Below the pieces are notes generated by a model. That model saw only the letters and a list, made by a program, of their open reading frames with translations, did no database searches and had not been told where the DNA came from. Shown here one piece after another: positions 8,396 to 17,687 of a stretch of DNA of 30,810 nucleotides. Within the stretch, counting starts at the first letter, position 1. Every line of letters begins with the position of its first letter. A program made the translations under genes and the position numbers. Source of the stretch: a bacterium (GTDB lineage: Bacteria; JAHJDO01); NCBI GenBank assembly GCA_043824255.1, contig JBDRTG010000014.1, positions 1 to 30,810 on the forward strand. Direction: 5' to 3'.

Positions 8396-9007
8396 TTGGA
8401 AGCGAAATTATTAGAAAATCATAAAAGATATTTAGAAAGAATGAACTTTTATAAAGACTTCGGCTATGATGTTGAAGAGGAAAGAAAGTTTATTATAGAA
8501 AAAGCATGTCCTCTTTATGGTGATATATTAGAGGTGGGAACGGGTAAGGGATATTTTACTATTGAACTCGCCAAAGAGAGATATAATTTTACTAGTATAG
8601 ATATTTCTGATGAGGAACAGGGATTCGCCAGACTCAATATAAAATATTTTGGCTTTGAAAAATATGTGGATTTCAGAATAGAGAATGCCGAAGGTCTAAG
8701 TTTTAAAGATTGTAGCTTTGATATAATATTTTCTATCAACACAATGCATCATCTTATTCACCCGATTAAAGCCATAGATGAACTAATAAGGATAGTTAGT
8801 TTTGAAGGGAAGATTGTCCTAAGTGATTTTAATAAGGCAGGTTTAGAAGTGGTAGATAAGATTCACGCCAGCGAAGGAAGAAAACACGAGGCAGGGCAAG
8901 CAAATTTATCAGAGATAGCTATTTATTTAAAAAGCAAAGGATTTAATGTTCAAAAGGATAAAACTACGTTCCATAATATTATTATAGCATATCAACAAAC
9001 CATATAA
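8396..9007 (+). CDS. Class I SAM-dependent methyltransferase
   Basis: ILEVGTGKG motif I and LSFKDCSFDIIFS motif; TTG start. Confidence 0.85.
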   Translation: MEAKLLENHKRYLERMNFYKDFGYDVEEERKFIIEKACPLYGDILEVGTGKGYFTIELAKERYNFTSIDISDEEQGFARLNIKYFGFEKYVDFRIENAEGLSFKDCSFDIIFSINTMHHLIHPIKAIDELIRIVSFEGKIVLSDFNKAGLEVVDKIHASEGRKHEAGQANLSEIAIYLKSKGFNVQKDKTTFHNIIIAYQQTI

Positions 9008-9045
9008 TTTTAATGGGTAAGTAAAGCATAGATGGATGAATTCTA

Positions 9046-9192
9046 ATGTTAGATACGAATCTTAAGCATGTAGAAAGTCGTGAGGAAATCGATGAGTTAC
9101 TTAAAAAGAATGGCAAGGTTGTTGAGGCAACAAGCAGTATCCAGAATGAAAAAAAGATAACAGATATATTGGACGAAGTATTTAAGGATTAA
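9046..9192 (+). pseudogene. 48-aa ORF resembling a thioredoxin-like gene with an in-frame internal deletion
   Basis: My translation: MLDTNLKHVESREEIDELLKKNGKVVEATSSIQNEKKITDILDEVFKD. It looks like the N- and C-terminal ends of a thioredoxin fold joined without the Cys core. Not in the ORF track. Confidence 0.55.
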
Positions 9193-9272
9193 AAAAGGGT
9201 AATTCGGCATAGAAGTCGGCGCGCAAAAACCAATAACAGAAGGAAAAAATTTAGTTTCTCAGGAGTGAAGAA

Positions 9273-9599
9273 ATGGCAGATTTTAAACAGATTGATGAGG
9301 CACGAAAATTACTGGGATTAGAAGAATGTGCAACTTTGAAAGAGATAAAGAATGCGTATAGAAAACTTGCTTTTAAACACCATCCTGATAAATGCAAGGA
9401 TGAAGAGAAAAAAGGGTGCGAGGAGATGTTTAAAAAGATAACTCATGCCAATGATATTCTGATGAGCTATTGCGCAGGATATAAATATTCTTTTAAAGAA
9501 GAGGATGTAGAAAAAGGGACAACAGATAAGGAATTTTATGAGCACTTGAAGAGATTTTACGATGGATGGTTTGGGAAAAAAACTACCGGAGAAAATTAA
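9273..9599 (+). CDS. Small DnaJ (J-domain) protein
   Basis: ATLKEIKNAYRKLAFKHHPDK with the HPD motif. Confidence 0.9.
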   Translation: MADFKQIDEARKLLGLEECATLKEIKNAYRKLAFKHHPDKCKDEEKKGCEEMFKKITHANDILMSYCAGYKYSFKEEDVEKGTTDKEFYEHLKRFYDGWFGKKTTGEN

Positions 9600-9600
9600 T

Positions 9601-10242
9601 ATGTTAAAGCAAATTTCTAAGGAATTGAAAAGGCATGTTCCATTTACTATGTTTGGAGCTGTCACAGGTGTTATTATTATGCTTATAATCGTCTTTTCCC
9701 ATGCTTCCAGGGGCATTTCTGATGCTCTCTTTTACACTTTGCATCCTCTTCATGTTGTCTTGAGCGCGCTTGTAACAACAGCTATGTATAAATTGCATGG
9801 AAAAGGCAAGCTCTGGGTGGCAATTCTTATTGGTTATACAGGCTCCATTGGGATAGCTACATTAAGCGATGCTATAATCCCTTACCTTGGGGGAGGTTTG
9901 CTTAATGTTCCAATGGAATTTCATGCGCCATTTATAGAGACTGCAAAGATGCCATTTATTGGAATTGCAAAATGGAAGATTGTGAACTCTGCAGCAGTAC
10001 TTGGAATTGTAATCGGTTATTTGAAGCCTAAAACTAAATTTCCACATTTTGGGCATGTTTTATTAAGTACATGGGCATCCTTATTTGGTTTCACAGCGTT
10101 CGGCATAGCAAATTGGATTCCTTTGCTTCCTTTTGTTTTTCTGTTTTTATTTCTCGCAGTTTGGGCTCCCTGTTGTGTTAGTGATATTATATTTCCTCTT
10201 TTATTTGTAAAGGGAAAATCAGAAAGAAACAAACATGTCTAA
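9601..10242 (+). CDS. Uncharacterised multi-pass membrane protein with candidate metal ligands
   Basis: About 6 hydrophobic segments; HPLHVVLSA, PHFGHVLLS and PCCVSD motifs. Likely ATG at 9601. Confidence 0.7.
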   Translation: MLKQISKELKRHVPFTMFGAVTGVIIMLIIVFSHASRGISDALFYTLHPLHVVLSALVTTAMYKLHGKGKLWVAILIGYTGSIGIATLSDAIIPYLGGGLLNVPMEFHAPFIETAKMPFIGIAKWKIVNSAAVLGIVIGYLKPKTKFPHFGHVLLSTWASLFGFTAFGIANWIPLLPFVFLFLFLAVWAPCCVSDIIFPLLFVKGKSERNKHV

Positions 10243-10245
10243 ATT

Positions 10246-12099
10246 ATGAACATAGCAATATCAAGTGGTAAGGGTGGAACAGGCAAAACTTTTGTCGCTA
10301 CTAATGTAGCAATTGCTTTTTCAAAAAACGGGAAGAAGGTTTGTTATCTTGATTGTGATGTTGAAGAGCCGAATGGTCATCTTTTTCTCAAGCCCCGTAT
10401 TGATAGAGAAGAAGATATCAGCTTATTGGCGCCTGTTGGGGTTGATAATGAAAAATGTATTAAATGCGGTAAGTGCCAGGACGCCTGTCATTATAACGCA
10501 ATAGCTGTAATAAAAGATAAGGTTCTGTTCTTCCCTCAATTGTGTCATGTTTGCGGAGCCTGTAAGATTGTTTGTCCCGAGGATGCAATTATTGAAGATG
10601 ATAAGAAAATAGGGGTCCTGAAACATGGGAAAAGCGGCACAATAGATTTTCATTATGCGCTTCTTGAAACTGGTGAGGGAGGAATGTCTCCCAGATTGAT
10701 TAAAAGAGTTAAAGAATGTGCTGGCAATGGAATAAATATACTTGATTCTTCTCCCGGGACTGCATGTCCTGTTGTGGAAACAGTAAAGGATGTTGATTTA
10801 TGTGTGCTTGTTACAGATCCCACGCCTTTTGGAGTAAATGATCTGAAACTGGCTGTGGATATGTGCCGTAAGATAAATCAGGAACCGGTAATCTTGGTTA
10901 ATCGTGCTGAATATATGGATGATAATCTCAAAAAATATTGTAAGGAGCAGCAACTGGAAATTATAGGAGAGATTCCGGATGATAGAAAAATAGCAGAAGT
11001 CTATTCTGTAGGGGATATAGTTGTGGAGAAACTGCCTCAATATAAAAAGCTATTTGAGGATATTGCTGAGAGGATAGAGAAACTGGCGCAGAAAAAGAGA
11101 GTTGTTAAAGAAATATATTCTTCTATGGAAAAAGAGGAAGAAGAAACAGATGATAAAAAAATAGAAAAAGCCAAGCCTGCATCTTTTTCTGCCGCAAATA
11201 AACCAAAGGAATTAGTTATTATAAGCGGAAAGGGTGGAACAGGAAAGACTTCTTTGACAGCTTCTTTTGTTGCTCTGGCTAAAAAGACAATAATATCCGA
11301 TTGTGATGTGGATGCAGCAGACCTGCATCTGCTTTTAGCTCCACAAATTAAAAAAAGAGGAAATTTTAGCGGCGGGGTAATTGCTGAAATAGATCCGGGA
11401 AAATGCACAGGCTGTAATAGATGTAAGGATGCATGCAGGTTTTTGGCTATAGAAAACTACAACAGTGAGTCCGGAAAAGAATTATGCCGTATTGATCCTG
11501 TTGCTTGTGAAGGATGCGGCGCATGTTATCTCGTTTGTAAAGATTCTGCTGTAAAGGTAGAAGATGCTATTAATGGGCAATGGTTTGTTTCAGAAACAAG
11601 ATTTGGGCCAATGACTCATGCAAAACTTGGTGTAGCTGAAGAAAATTCGGGAAGGCTTGTTACACTGGTAAGAGACAAGGCTGGCAAGGCAGCTTCCGAG
11701 ATTAATGAGAACAAGCTAATAATAGACGGCGCTCCGGGAACTGGTTGTCCTGTAATAGCCTCTATAACTGGTTCAGATTATGCCTTAATTGTTACAGAGC
11801 CGACCGTATCAGGTATTCATGATATGAAGCGCATTCTTGATGTAACAAGACATTTTGGAGTTAGATCTGGAGTTGTGGTAAATAAATATGATTTAAATAT
11901 AGATATGACCGAGAAAATTAAAGATATAGCAAAAGACTACGATAGTGAATTCATTGGAACAATACCGTATGATAAAAGGGTAACTAAAGCTCAGATGAAG
12001 GCATTATCTATTATTGAATATGCAGAAGACGGGGCCGTTGTAAAAAGCATAAAACAGATTTGGGAAAAGATAAACTCTATTATTAACATAAATCAATAA
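10246..12099 (+). CDS. Fusion of two MinD/ParA-like P-loop ATPases, each with an inserted 2x[4Fe-4S] ferredoxin domain (COG1149-type)
   Basis: Two SGKGGTGKT Walker A motifs, two DCDV motifs, four CxxCxxCxxxC motifs, joined by an acidic linker. Confidence 0.9.
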   Translation: MNIAISSGKGGTGKTFVATNVAIAFSKNGKKVCYLDCDVEEPNGHLFLKPRIDREEDISLLAPVGVDNEKCIKCGKCQDACHYNAIAVIKDKVLFFPQLCHVCGACKIVCPEDAIIEDDKKIGVLKHGKSGTIDFHYALLETGEGGMSPRLIKRVKECAGNGINILDSSPGTACPVVETVKDVDLCVLVTDPTPFGVNDLKLAVDMCRKINQEPVILVNRAEYMDDNLKKYCKEQQLEIIGEIPDDRKIAEVYSVGDIVVEKLPQYKKLFEDIAERIEKLAQKKRVVKEIYSSMEKEEEETDDKKIEKAKPASFSAANKPKELVIISGKGGTGKTSLTASFVALAKKTIISDCDVDAADLHLLLAPQIKKRGNFSGGVIAEIDPGKCTGCNRCKDACRFLAIENYNSESGKELCRIDPVACEGCGACYLVCKDSAVKVEDAINGQWFVSETRFGPMTHAKLGVAEENSGRLVTLVRDKAGKAASEINENKLIIDGAPGTGCPVIASITGSDYALIVTEPTVSGIHDMKRILDVTRHFGVRSGVVVNKYDLNIDMTEKIKDIAKDYDSEFIGTIPYDKRVTKAQMKALSIIEYAEDGAVVKSIKQIWEKINSIININQ

Positions 12100-12114
12100 C
12101 AAGGAGGTAATCAA

Positions 12115-12357
12115 ATGCCAAGAGGAGACGGAACAGGACCAGGAGGAATGGGCCCAGGAACAGGAAGAGGCAGGGGAGGTGGAGTTGGTGCAGGACAAGG
12201 CGGAGGACGCGGCAGAATGAGCGGCACACGTCCGGGAGCAGGTCCAAGCGGAAACTGTGTTTGTCCAAGCTGCGGGACAAAGGTCCCACATCAGGCAGGA
12301 TCCCCATGTTATAATGCCAGCTGTCCCAAATGCGGGGCAAAAATGGTCAGAGGATAG
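12115..12357 (+). CDS. DUF5320-like Gly-rich protein with a C-terminal Cys-rich zinc ribbon
   Basis: MPRGDGTGPGGMGP start; CVCPSCG...PC...CPKCG; strong SD AAGGAGGT. Confidence 0.8.
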   Translation: MPRGDGTGPGGMGPGTGRGRGGGVGAGQGGGRGRMSGTRPGAGPSGNCVCPSCGTKVPHQAGSPCYNASCPKCGAKMVRG

Positions 12358-12419
12358 ATTAAGAGTGACAAAAATTCTGCAAGTTAGACAAAAAATATTA
12401 AATAAAAAAGGGTAGCAAA

Positions 12420-12737
12420 GTGAAAATCAAAGTAGATGATGCAAATTTTAAGCAGGAAGTATTAGAATCAGATATTCCTGTCCTTGTGGATTTTTGGGCA
12501 GAGTGGTGCGGCCCCTGCCGTATGATTGCTCCGGCAGTTAAGGAGATAGCTGAAGAATATGATGGTAAGTTAAAAGTCTGTAAATTAAATGTTGATGAAG
12601 CGCCAGGAACATCTTCAGAATACGGCATTATGAGCATACCTACTTTAGCTATTTTTAAAGATGGTGCTGTAGTAGACAAGGTTGTAGGTGTAGCTTCCAA
12701 GACAGAACTTGTTTCTAAAATTACGCCTTATATTTGA
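12420..12737 (+). CDS. trxA: Thioredoxin
   Basis: [13 protein letters not shown] active site and SIPTL cis-Pro loop. Confidence 0.95.
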   Translation: MKIKVDDANFKQEVLESDIPVLVDFWAEWCGPCRMIAPAVKEIAEEYDGKLKVCKLNVDEAPGTSSEYGIMSIPTLAIFKDGAVVDKVVGVASKTELVSKITPYI

Positions 12738-12835
12738 TTGCAGAAACCATAGAGAAGTGTGTGGTGATAGGTAGTTAAAAAATTTAAAGTAGAAGATAAA
12801 CAGAATTAAACTATAAAAACAAATGGAGAAAGACA

Positions 12836-13210
12836 ACGGCAAAATTACCAGAAGCGGTTAAGAAGGCAATTGATAAACAGGATGTTTTCCCAATTGCTAC
12901 ATGCAGTTCTGAAGGAGTTTCAAATGTTGTTTATGTTGCGTATCTAAAAGTAATAGATGATGAAACTGTATTAATAGCAGACAATTACTTTGACAAAACA
13001 CGCAGCAATATTTTAAGTAATCCAAAGATGGCTTTTGTTGTTAGCGATAAGGATAAAGGTTCATTTCAAGTAAAGGGAAGTGTTGAGCGATTGACGGATG
13101 GTCCAATGTTTGAAGAAATGCAGGAGTGGGTTCGTGATGATTTGCCAAGGGTTGCGGCTGTTGTTTTGCATGTGGCAGAAGTGTATAACGGAGCCAAACG
13201 GCTTGTATAA
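12836..13210 (+). CDS. Pyridoxamine 5'-phosphate oxidase-like FMN-binding protein; apparent start codon is ACG
   Basis: The frame of the 13028 ORF stays open upstream: AKLPEAVKKAIDKQDVFPIATCSSEGVSNVVYV...ADNYFDKTRSNILSNPK. GGAG lies 7 nt before ACG at 12836. No in-frame ATG/GTG/TTG back to the stop at 12797. Confidence 0.7.
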   Translation, partial: TAKLPEAVKKAIDKQDVFPIATCSSEGVSNVVYVAYLKVIDDETVLIADNYFDKTRSNILSNPKMAFVVSDKDKGSFQVKGSVERLTDGPMFEEMQEWVRDDLPRVAAVVLHVAEVYNGAKRLV

Positions 13211-13236
13211 AAAGGTTAAGAAAAAAAGAAAGGTTA

Positions 13237-14595
13237 ATGATGAAAACTTATGATGTGATTGTTATTGGTGGCAGCGCAGCAGGGATTCCTGCTGCTATTA
13301 CGGCAAAGCGGCATTATCCGAACAAAAGCGTATTGCTTATACGTAAGGAGCGTAAAGTATTAATACCGTGTGGCATTCCCTATATTTTTGGGACAGTCGG
13401 CACCCCCGACAAAAATCTCATACCTGATAAGGTGCTTGAGAAGAATGGAATTGAATTGCTCATCGACCCTGTTGTACATATAGACAATAAAAATTGTGTT
13501 GTTGAAACAAAAGCAGGTGAACAGGTGCGCTATAAAAAACTTGTTCTTGCTACTGGTTCTGAGCCAATGATTCCTCCAATACCCGGTATTGATAAGGGGA
13601 ATATTTTTTCTATAAAAAAGGATGTTACATATCTAAATGATATGATTCATGCAATGGAGCATGCTTCCAATCTGGTAATAGTTGGATGCGGCTTTATTGG
13701 TGTGGAACTTGCAGAAGAGTGTAAAAAGAGGAATAAAAACTTAAACATTACTATAGTTGAGATGATGCGTCATTGCTTGCAATTGGTATATGATAAGGAC
13801 TTTTGTTTAAAAGCTGAGGAAACACTTATTGCCCAGGGCGTTAACCTCATGGTAGACGAGAAAGTAGAGTCTTTTACGGGCAATGATAAGGTAGAAGGGA
13901 TTAAATTAAAAAGTGGAAAAGAAATTAAGTCAGATATGGTGATCCTTGGTATTGGCGCTGTTTCTAATATTGGACTGGCGCAGGAAATCGGATTGGAAAT
14001 AGGACCTGCAAGAGGTATCATGGTAAACCGCTATATGCAGACAAGTGATCCAAATATTTTTGCGTGCGGTGACTGTACAGAAAAGGTTTCCTTCTTTGAT
14101 GGAAAATCTTCTACTCTCAAACTGGCTTCTATAGCTACAATGGAAGCGCGTATAGCAGGAGCCAATTTGTTTGCATCCAGCCGCTTGAATATGGGTGTTA
14201 TAGGTGTATTCTCTACAACTTTAGGTGATTCTGCATTTGCAGCCGCCGGTCTGACTGAAGAACAGGCCCAAAAGCAGGGATATAATATTATTGTGGGAGA
14301 GAGCGAAGCAATAAACCGTCATCCTGGCGGTATGCCTGGCGCAGAGAATTTGACGGTAAAATTAGTTTTTGAAGCAGGTACACAAATTATTTTAGGCGGG
14401 CAAATATGCGGAGCTAAGAGCGGCGGAGAACTTATCAATGCTATTAGCGCCTTTGTGCATCAACGAATGACTGCTAATGATATAGCCACGTTTCAAATGG
14501 GAACTCATCCAGCTCTTACAGCGTCTCCAATTGCTTATCAGCTGGTGAATGCAGCGGAGATTGCGATTAAACAATTAAAAATGAAAAGGGGGTGA
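13237..14595 (+). CDS. FAD-dependent pyridine nucleotide-disulfide oxidoreductase (CoA-disulfide reductase / NADH oxidase family)
   Basis: VIGGSAAG, single-Cys PCGIPY, LVLATGS, VGCGFIGVELA and TSDPNIFACGD motifs. Confidence 0.9.
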   Translation: MMKTYDVIVIGGSAAGIPAAITAKRHYPNKSVLLIRKERKVLIPCGIPYIFGTVGTPDKNLIPDKVLEKNGIELLIDPVVHIDNKNCVVETKAGEQVRYKKLVLATGSEPMIPPIPGIDKGNIFSIKKDVTYLNDMIHAMEHASNLVIVGCGFIGVELAEECKKRNKNLNITIVEMMRHCLQLVYDKDFCLKAEETLIAQGVNLMVDEKVESFTGNDKVEGIKLKSGKEIKSDMVILGIGAVSNIGLAQEIGLEIGPARGIMVNRYMQTSDPNIFACGDCTEKVSFFDGKSSTLKLASIATMEARIAGANLFASSRLNMGVIGVFSTTLGDSAFAAAGLTEEQAQKQGYNIIVGESEAINRHPGGMPGAENLTVKLVFEAGTQIILGGQICGAKSGGELINAISAFVHQRMTANDIATFQMGTHPALTASPIAYQLVNAAEIAIKQLKMKRG

Positions 14596-14600
14596 TTAAG

Positions 14601-14990
14601 ATGCGTGTAGCGATTTCAACAGATAGAGATTCTGTATCAGCTCATTTTGGAAGATGTCCATCTTATACGATTGTAGATATTGAAGATGGAAAGGTAATTA
14701 AGAAGGAGGTTGTTGACAATCCCGGTCATATGCCCGGCGCCATACCTCAGTTTCTTCATGAGAAGGGAGTTGAGTGTATTATAGCCGGAGGAATGGGAGC
14801 AAGAGCTGTGGGCTTTTTTGATGAATTCGGTATTAAGCCAATTGTAGGTGTGCAGGGAAGAATAGATGAAATCATTGAAAAACTGATCCAAGGCGAGCTT
14901 AAGGGAGGAGAAAGCTTGTGCAAGCCTAGTGCTGGCAAAGGATATGGCATAGACAAAACTCTATGTGATCATCCAGATGAAAACAAATGA
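14601..14990 (+). CDS. NifB/NifX-family (IssA / orange protein-like) metal-cluster-binding protein
   Basis: VSAHFGRCP and IIAGGMG motifs; C-terminal Cys/His tail. Confidence 0.88.
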   Translation: MRVAISTDRDSVSAHFGRCPSYTIVDIEDGKVIKKEVVDNPGHMPGAIPQFLHEKGVECIIAGGMGARAVGFFDEFGIKPIVGVQGRIDEIIEKLIQGELKGGESLCKPSAGKGYGIDKTLCDHPDENK

Positions 14991-15016
14991 ATGCAACCAA
15001 TAAAGGAGATGAGATT

Positions 15017-15388
15017 ATGAAAATTTGTATAACTTCACAAGGAGATAGTTTGGATTCGCAGGTTGATCCAAGGTTTGGGAGATGTCAGTATTTTATTATT
15101 ACAGATACAGAAACTTCAGAGTTTAAAGCAGTTCAGAATCCGAATTTATCCGGTATGGGCGGAGTCGGCATTCAGTCAGCTCAATTTGTGGCAGAAAAAC
15201 AGGTAAAGGCAGTTTTAACAGGGAATGTTGGCCCAAATGCTTTTCAAGCACTCCAGGCAGCTGGAGTGGATGTGATTACTGGTGTGGCTAGCAGTGTCAA
15301 GGAGGCAATAGAAAAGTACAACAAAGGTGAGCTTAAAGCAACTCAGGGACCAAGTGTAAATTCAAAATTTGGCATGGGCCAAAAATGA
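15017..15388 (+). CDS. NifB/NifX-family protein (second copy)
   Basis: VDPRFGRCQYF and VLTGNVGPNAF motifs; ATG at 15017 after AAGGAG. Confidence 0.88.
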   Translation: MKICITSQGDSLDSQVDPRFGRCQYFIITDTETSEFKAVQNPNLSGMGGVGIQSAQFVAEKQVKAVLTGNVGPNAFQALQAAGVDVITGVASSVKEAIEKYNKGELKATQGPSVNSKFGMGQK

Positions 15389-15822
15389 ATAAAGATTTTG
15401 ATCATCTCGTTAATAAATTGCAGGAATGTGTGATTAAGGATGCAAGTAAGATTTATTCAGAGCAGGTAATCAAGCAGTTTACTCATCCACAGAATGTTGG
15501 GAGGATGAACGACCCGGACGGTGCCGCTATAATAAAAGGACCATGTGGAGATACAGCAGAAATTTACCTGATAATAAAGAATGATGAAATTACAGAATCT
15601 CTGTTTTTTACTGATGGATGTGGTACAACAATAGCTTGTGGGTCAATTACAACACGGTTAGCAAAAGGGAAAACTATTAATGAGGTGTTAAAAATTTCTC
15701 CTGCAGATATTATAGAGGAACTGGGTGGGCTTCCTGGGGAGAACTTACATTGTGCAATTCTGACAGTGAATACCCTGCATAAGGCAGTCGCAGATTATTT
15801 ACTAAAGAAGAGTAATAGCTGA
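15385..15822 (+). CDS. IscU/NifU N-terminal-type Fe-S scaffold
   Basis: HPQNVG, GPCGD, DGCG and LHCA: the three conserved Cys are present. Confidence 0.88.
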   Translation: MNKDFDHLVNKLQECVIKDASKIYSEQVIKQFTHPQNVGRMNDPDGAAIIKGPCGDTAEIYLIIKNDEITESLFFTDGCGTTIACGSITTRLAKGKTINEVLKISPADIIEELGGLPGENLHCAILTVNTLHKAVADYLLKKSNS

Positions 15823-15872
15823 CTACGATTTTTCTTGAGTTTTAATATTAAATCAGTAAAACTATACTATAT

Positions 15873-17684
15873 ATGACTAAAGAAGAAATAACAGCTCTTA
15901 TATCATCTTTTGTTAATCTGGTATTAACAGTTATAAAGTTTTGTCTGGCTATATATACAGGCAGTATAGCTTTGCTTGCTGAAGCATGGCACTCGTTATC
16001 TGATATATTTTCATCATTTATGGTTTTTGCTGCCATCAGGGCGGATAGAATAGGCAGTATATCAGAAGAAAGGGCAACTCAATCTCAGGAGATCTATCGC
16101 GACACAGGTTCTATTTTTAAAGATGAAGACTCACACCAAAAAGAAAAGCCTTCATTAGCAGGCAAACGGTTCTTCACTGGACTAGAGGAAAAAGTTGCTG
16201 TTGGAATAGGTCTTTTCCTTATTTTTGCATCATACAAGATTTTTATGAAAGTAATTCATCCTGAGACTATTGCTATTCGAAATCCAGTTCCGGTAGCTTT
16301 AGTTATATTAATATTAGCTCTATTTTCATATCTTTTATTTAAATTTGAAGTATATGTTGGAGAAAAAAGTAAATCTCCTGGACTTATAGCGGATGGTTAT
16401 CACTCAAAAATAGATATGTTTGCCTCAATGCTGGTATCTGTGGCGCTTGTAAGCGAACACATCGGATTTCGTATAGATAAGATAGCAGCCGTCGTGATTT
16501 GCGTAGCTATACTTATACATGCTCTACATGTGCTTACAAGAGCCTTAAAAGCATATATTCATCCGCAAGGAAAAGCCTATCTAAAGGGCGCTCAACCGCA
16601 CGAAGACATATTGGTAGTATTTATTAAAGAGAAGCTCCCTTTATTGATGGATCGCCTGTACACCGCATTATCTAAAAAACTGCATCTAGAGGGCAGCTAC
16701 AATCAGAATAAAATAATATTAAATAAGATCATAACAATTGTAGTTTTAATAATTGTTGCCGGTATATATTTTTCTTCAGGGATATATATGCTGAAGCCCT
16801 ATGAAAAAGCAATTGTGGAGCGCTTTGGTAAACCTCTGAATATTACAAAACCTGTTTTGCCCGGTCTTCATTATGCGCTTCCTTTACCTATTGACAGGAT
16901 TAACAGAGTAGATACTGAGAGAATAAGACGAATAAGTATTGGCTATAAAGCTAGTAAGGACTATCAGTTGATATTGTGGACAAATATTCATTATAAAGAA
17001 GAAATGCCTTTTCTAACAGGAGAGAACAGTTTTCTAGGTCTAACTATGAATGTACACTACAGAATCCAAAATCTATCTGACTTTTTATATAAGAATTCAT
17101 CGCCAGAGGGATTGATGGAGGAGCTTGCCAATACCATATTGACGAACACTCTATCAAAAAGAGTCTTCTTTCCAACAATTACTGTTAATAGAGAAGGACT
17201 TGAAGAGGAAATTCTCGAAATTCTCCAGACGAAACTTGACGAATTTAAAACAGGAATATGGATAGAAGGAATACACTTTAGAGACATGCATCCTCCTACA
17301 GATATTGCTCCTGCTTTTGAGGATGTTGTAAGCGCTCAGGAGGATTATGAAACATACATTCATAAAGCAAAAGGCTATGAAAATAAAGTAATTCCTAATG
17401 CTAGAGCGACAAAGATTAAGATGAAAAACGAAGCCATTGCTTACAGAAATAATGTGCTGGCAAAGAGTAAGGGAGAGACTGGAAGGTTTCTCGATCAGCA
17501 GGCTGCATATAGAAAGCATCCTGATATTACGGAAACACGTCTTTATATAGAAGGAATGGAAGAAATTCTACCTGACGTCCAGAAGTTTATTATATGCCCT
17601 AAAGAAGGAGAAAAGATTCCTGACATATGGTTTTTTCAAGGTAATCAAGCAGGGATTTCCACAATAATTAGAGAGGAGAAATAA
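15873..17684 (+). CDS. Cation diffusion facilitator (CDF) membrane domain fused to an HflK-like SPFH domain
   Basis: N-half: TGSIALLAEAWHSLSD and LIADGYHSKID (two HxxxD sites). C-half: AIVERFGK, PGLHYALPLPID, HPPTDIAPAFEDVVSAQED, SKGETGRF, ITETRLYIE. Confidence 0.85.
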   Translation: MTKEEITALISSFVNLVLTVIKFCLAIYTGSIALLAEAWHSLSDIFSSFMVFAAIRADRIGSISEERATQSQEIYRDTGSIFKDEDSHQKEKPSLAGKRFFTGLEEKVAVGIGLFLIFASYKIFMKVIHPETIAIRNPVPVALVILILALFSYLLFKFEVYVGEKSKSPGLIADGYHSKIDMFASMLVSVALVSEHIGFRIDKIAAVVICVAILIHALHVLTRALKAYIHPQGKAYLKGAQPHEDILVVFIKEKLPLLMDRLYTALSKKLHLEGSYNQNKIILNKIITIVVLIIVAGIYFSSGIYMLKPYEKAIVERFGKPLNITKPVLPGLHYALPLPIDRINRVDTERIRRISIGYKASKDYQLILWTNIHYKEEMPFLTGENSFLGLTMNVHYRIQNLSDFLYKNSSPEGLMEELANTILTNTLSKRVFFPTITVNREGLEEEILEILQTKLDEFKTGIWIEGIHFRDMHPPTDIAPAFEDVVSAQEDYETYIHKAKGYENKVIPNARATKIKMKNEAIAYRNNVLAKSKGETGRFLDQQAAYRKHPDITETRLYIEGMEEILPDVQKFIICPKEGEKIPDIWFFQGNQAGISTIIREEK

Positions 17685-17687
17685 CAA

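Noticed and set aside
14601..15822. Nitrogen fixation genes (NifX-like and NifU-like)
   Set aside because: No nifHDK in the window, and these families are common in non-diazotrophic anaerobes.
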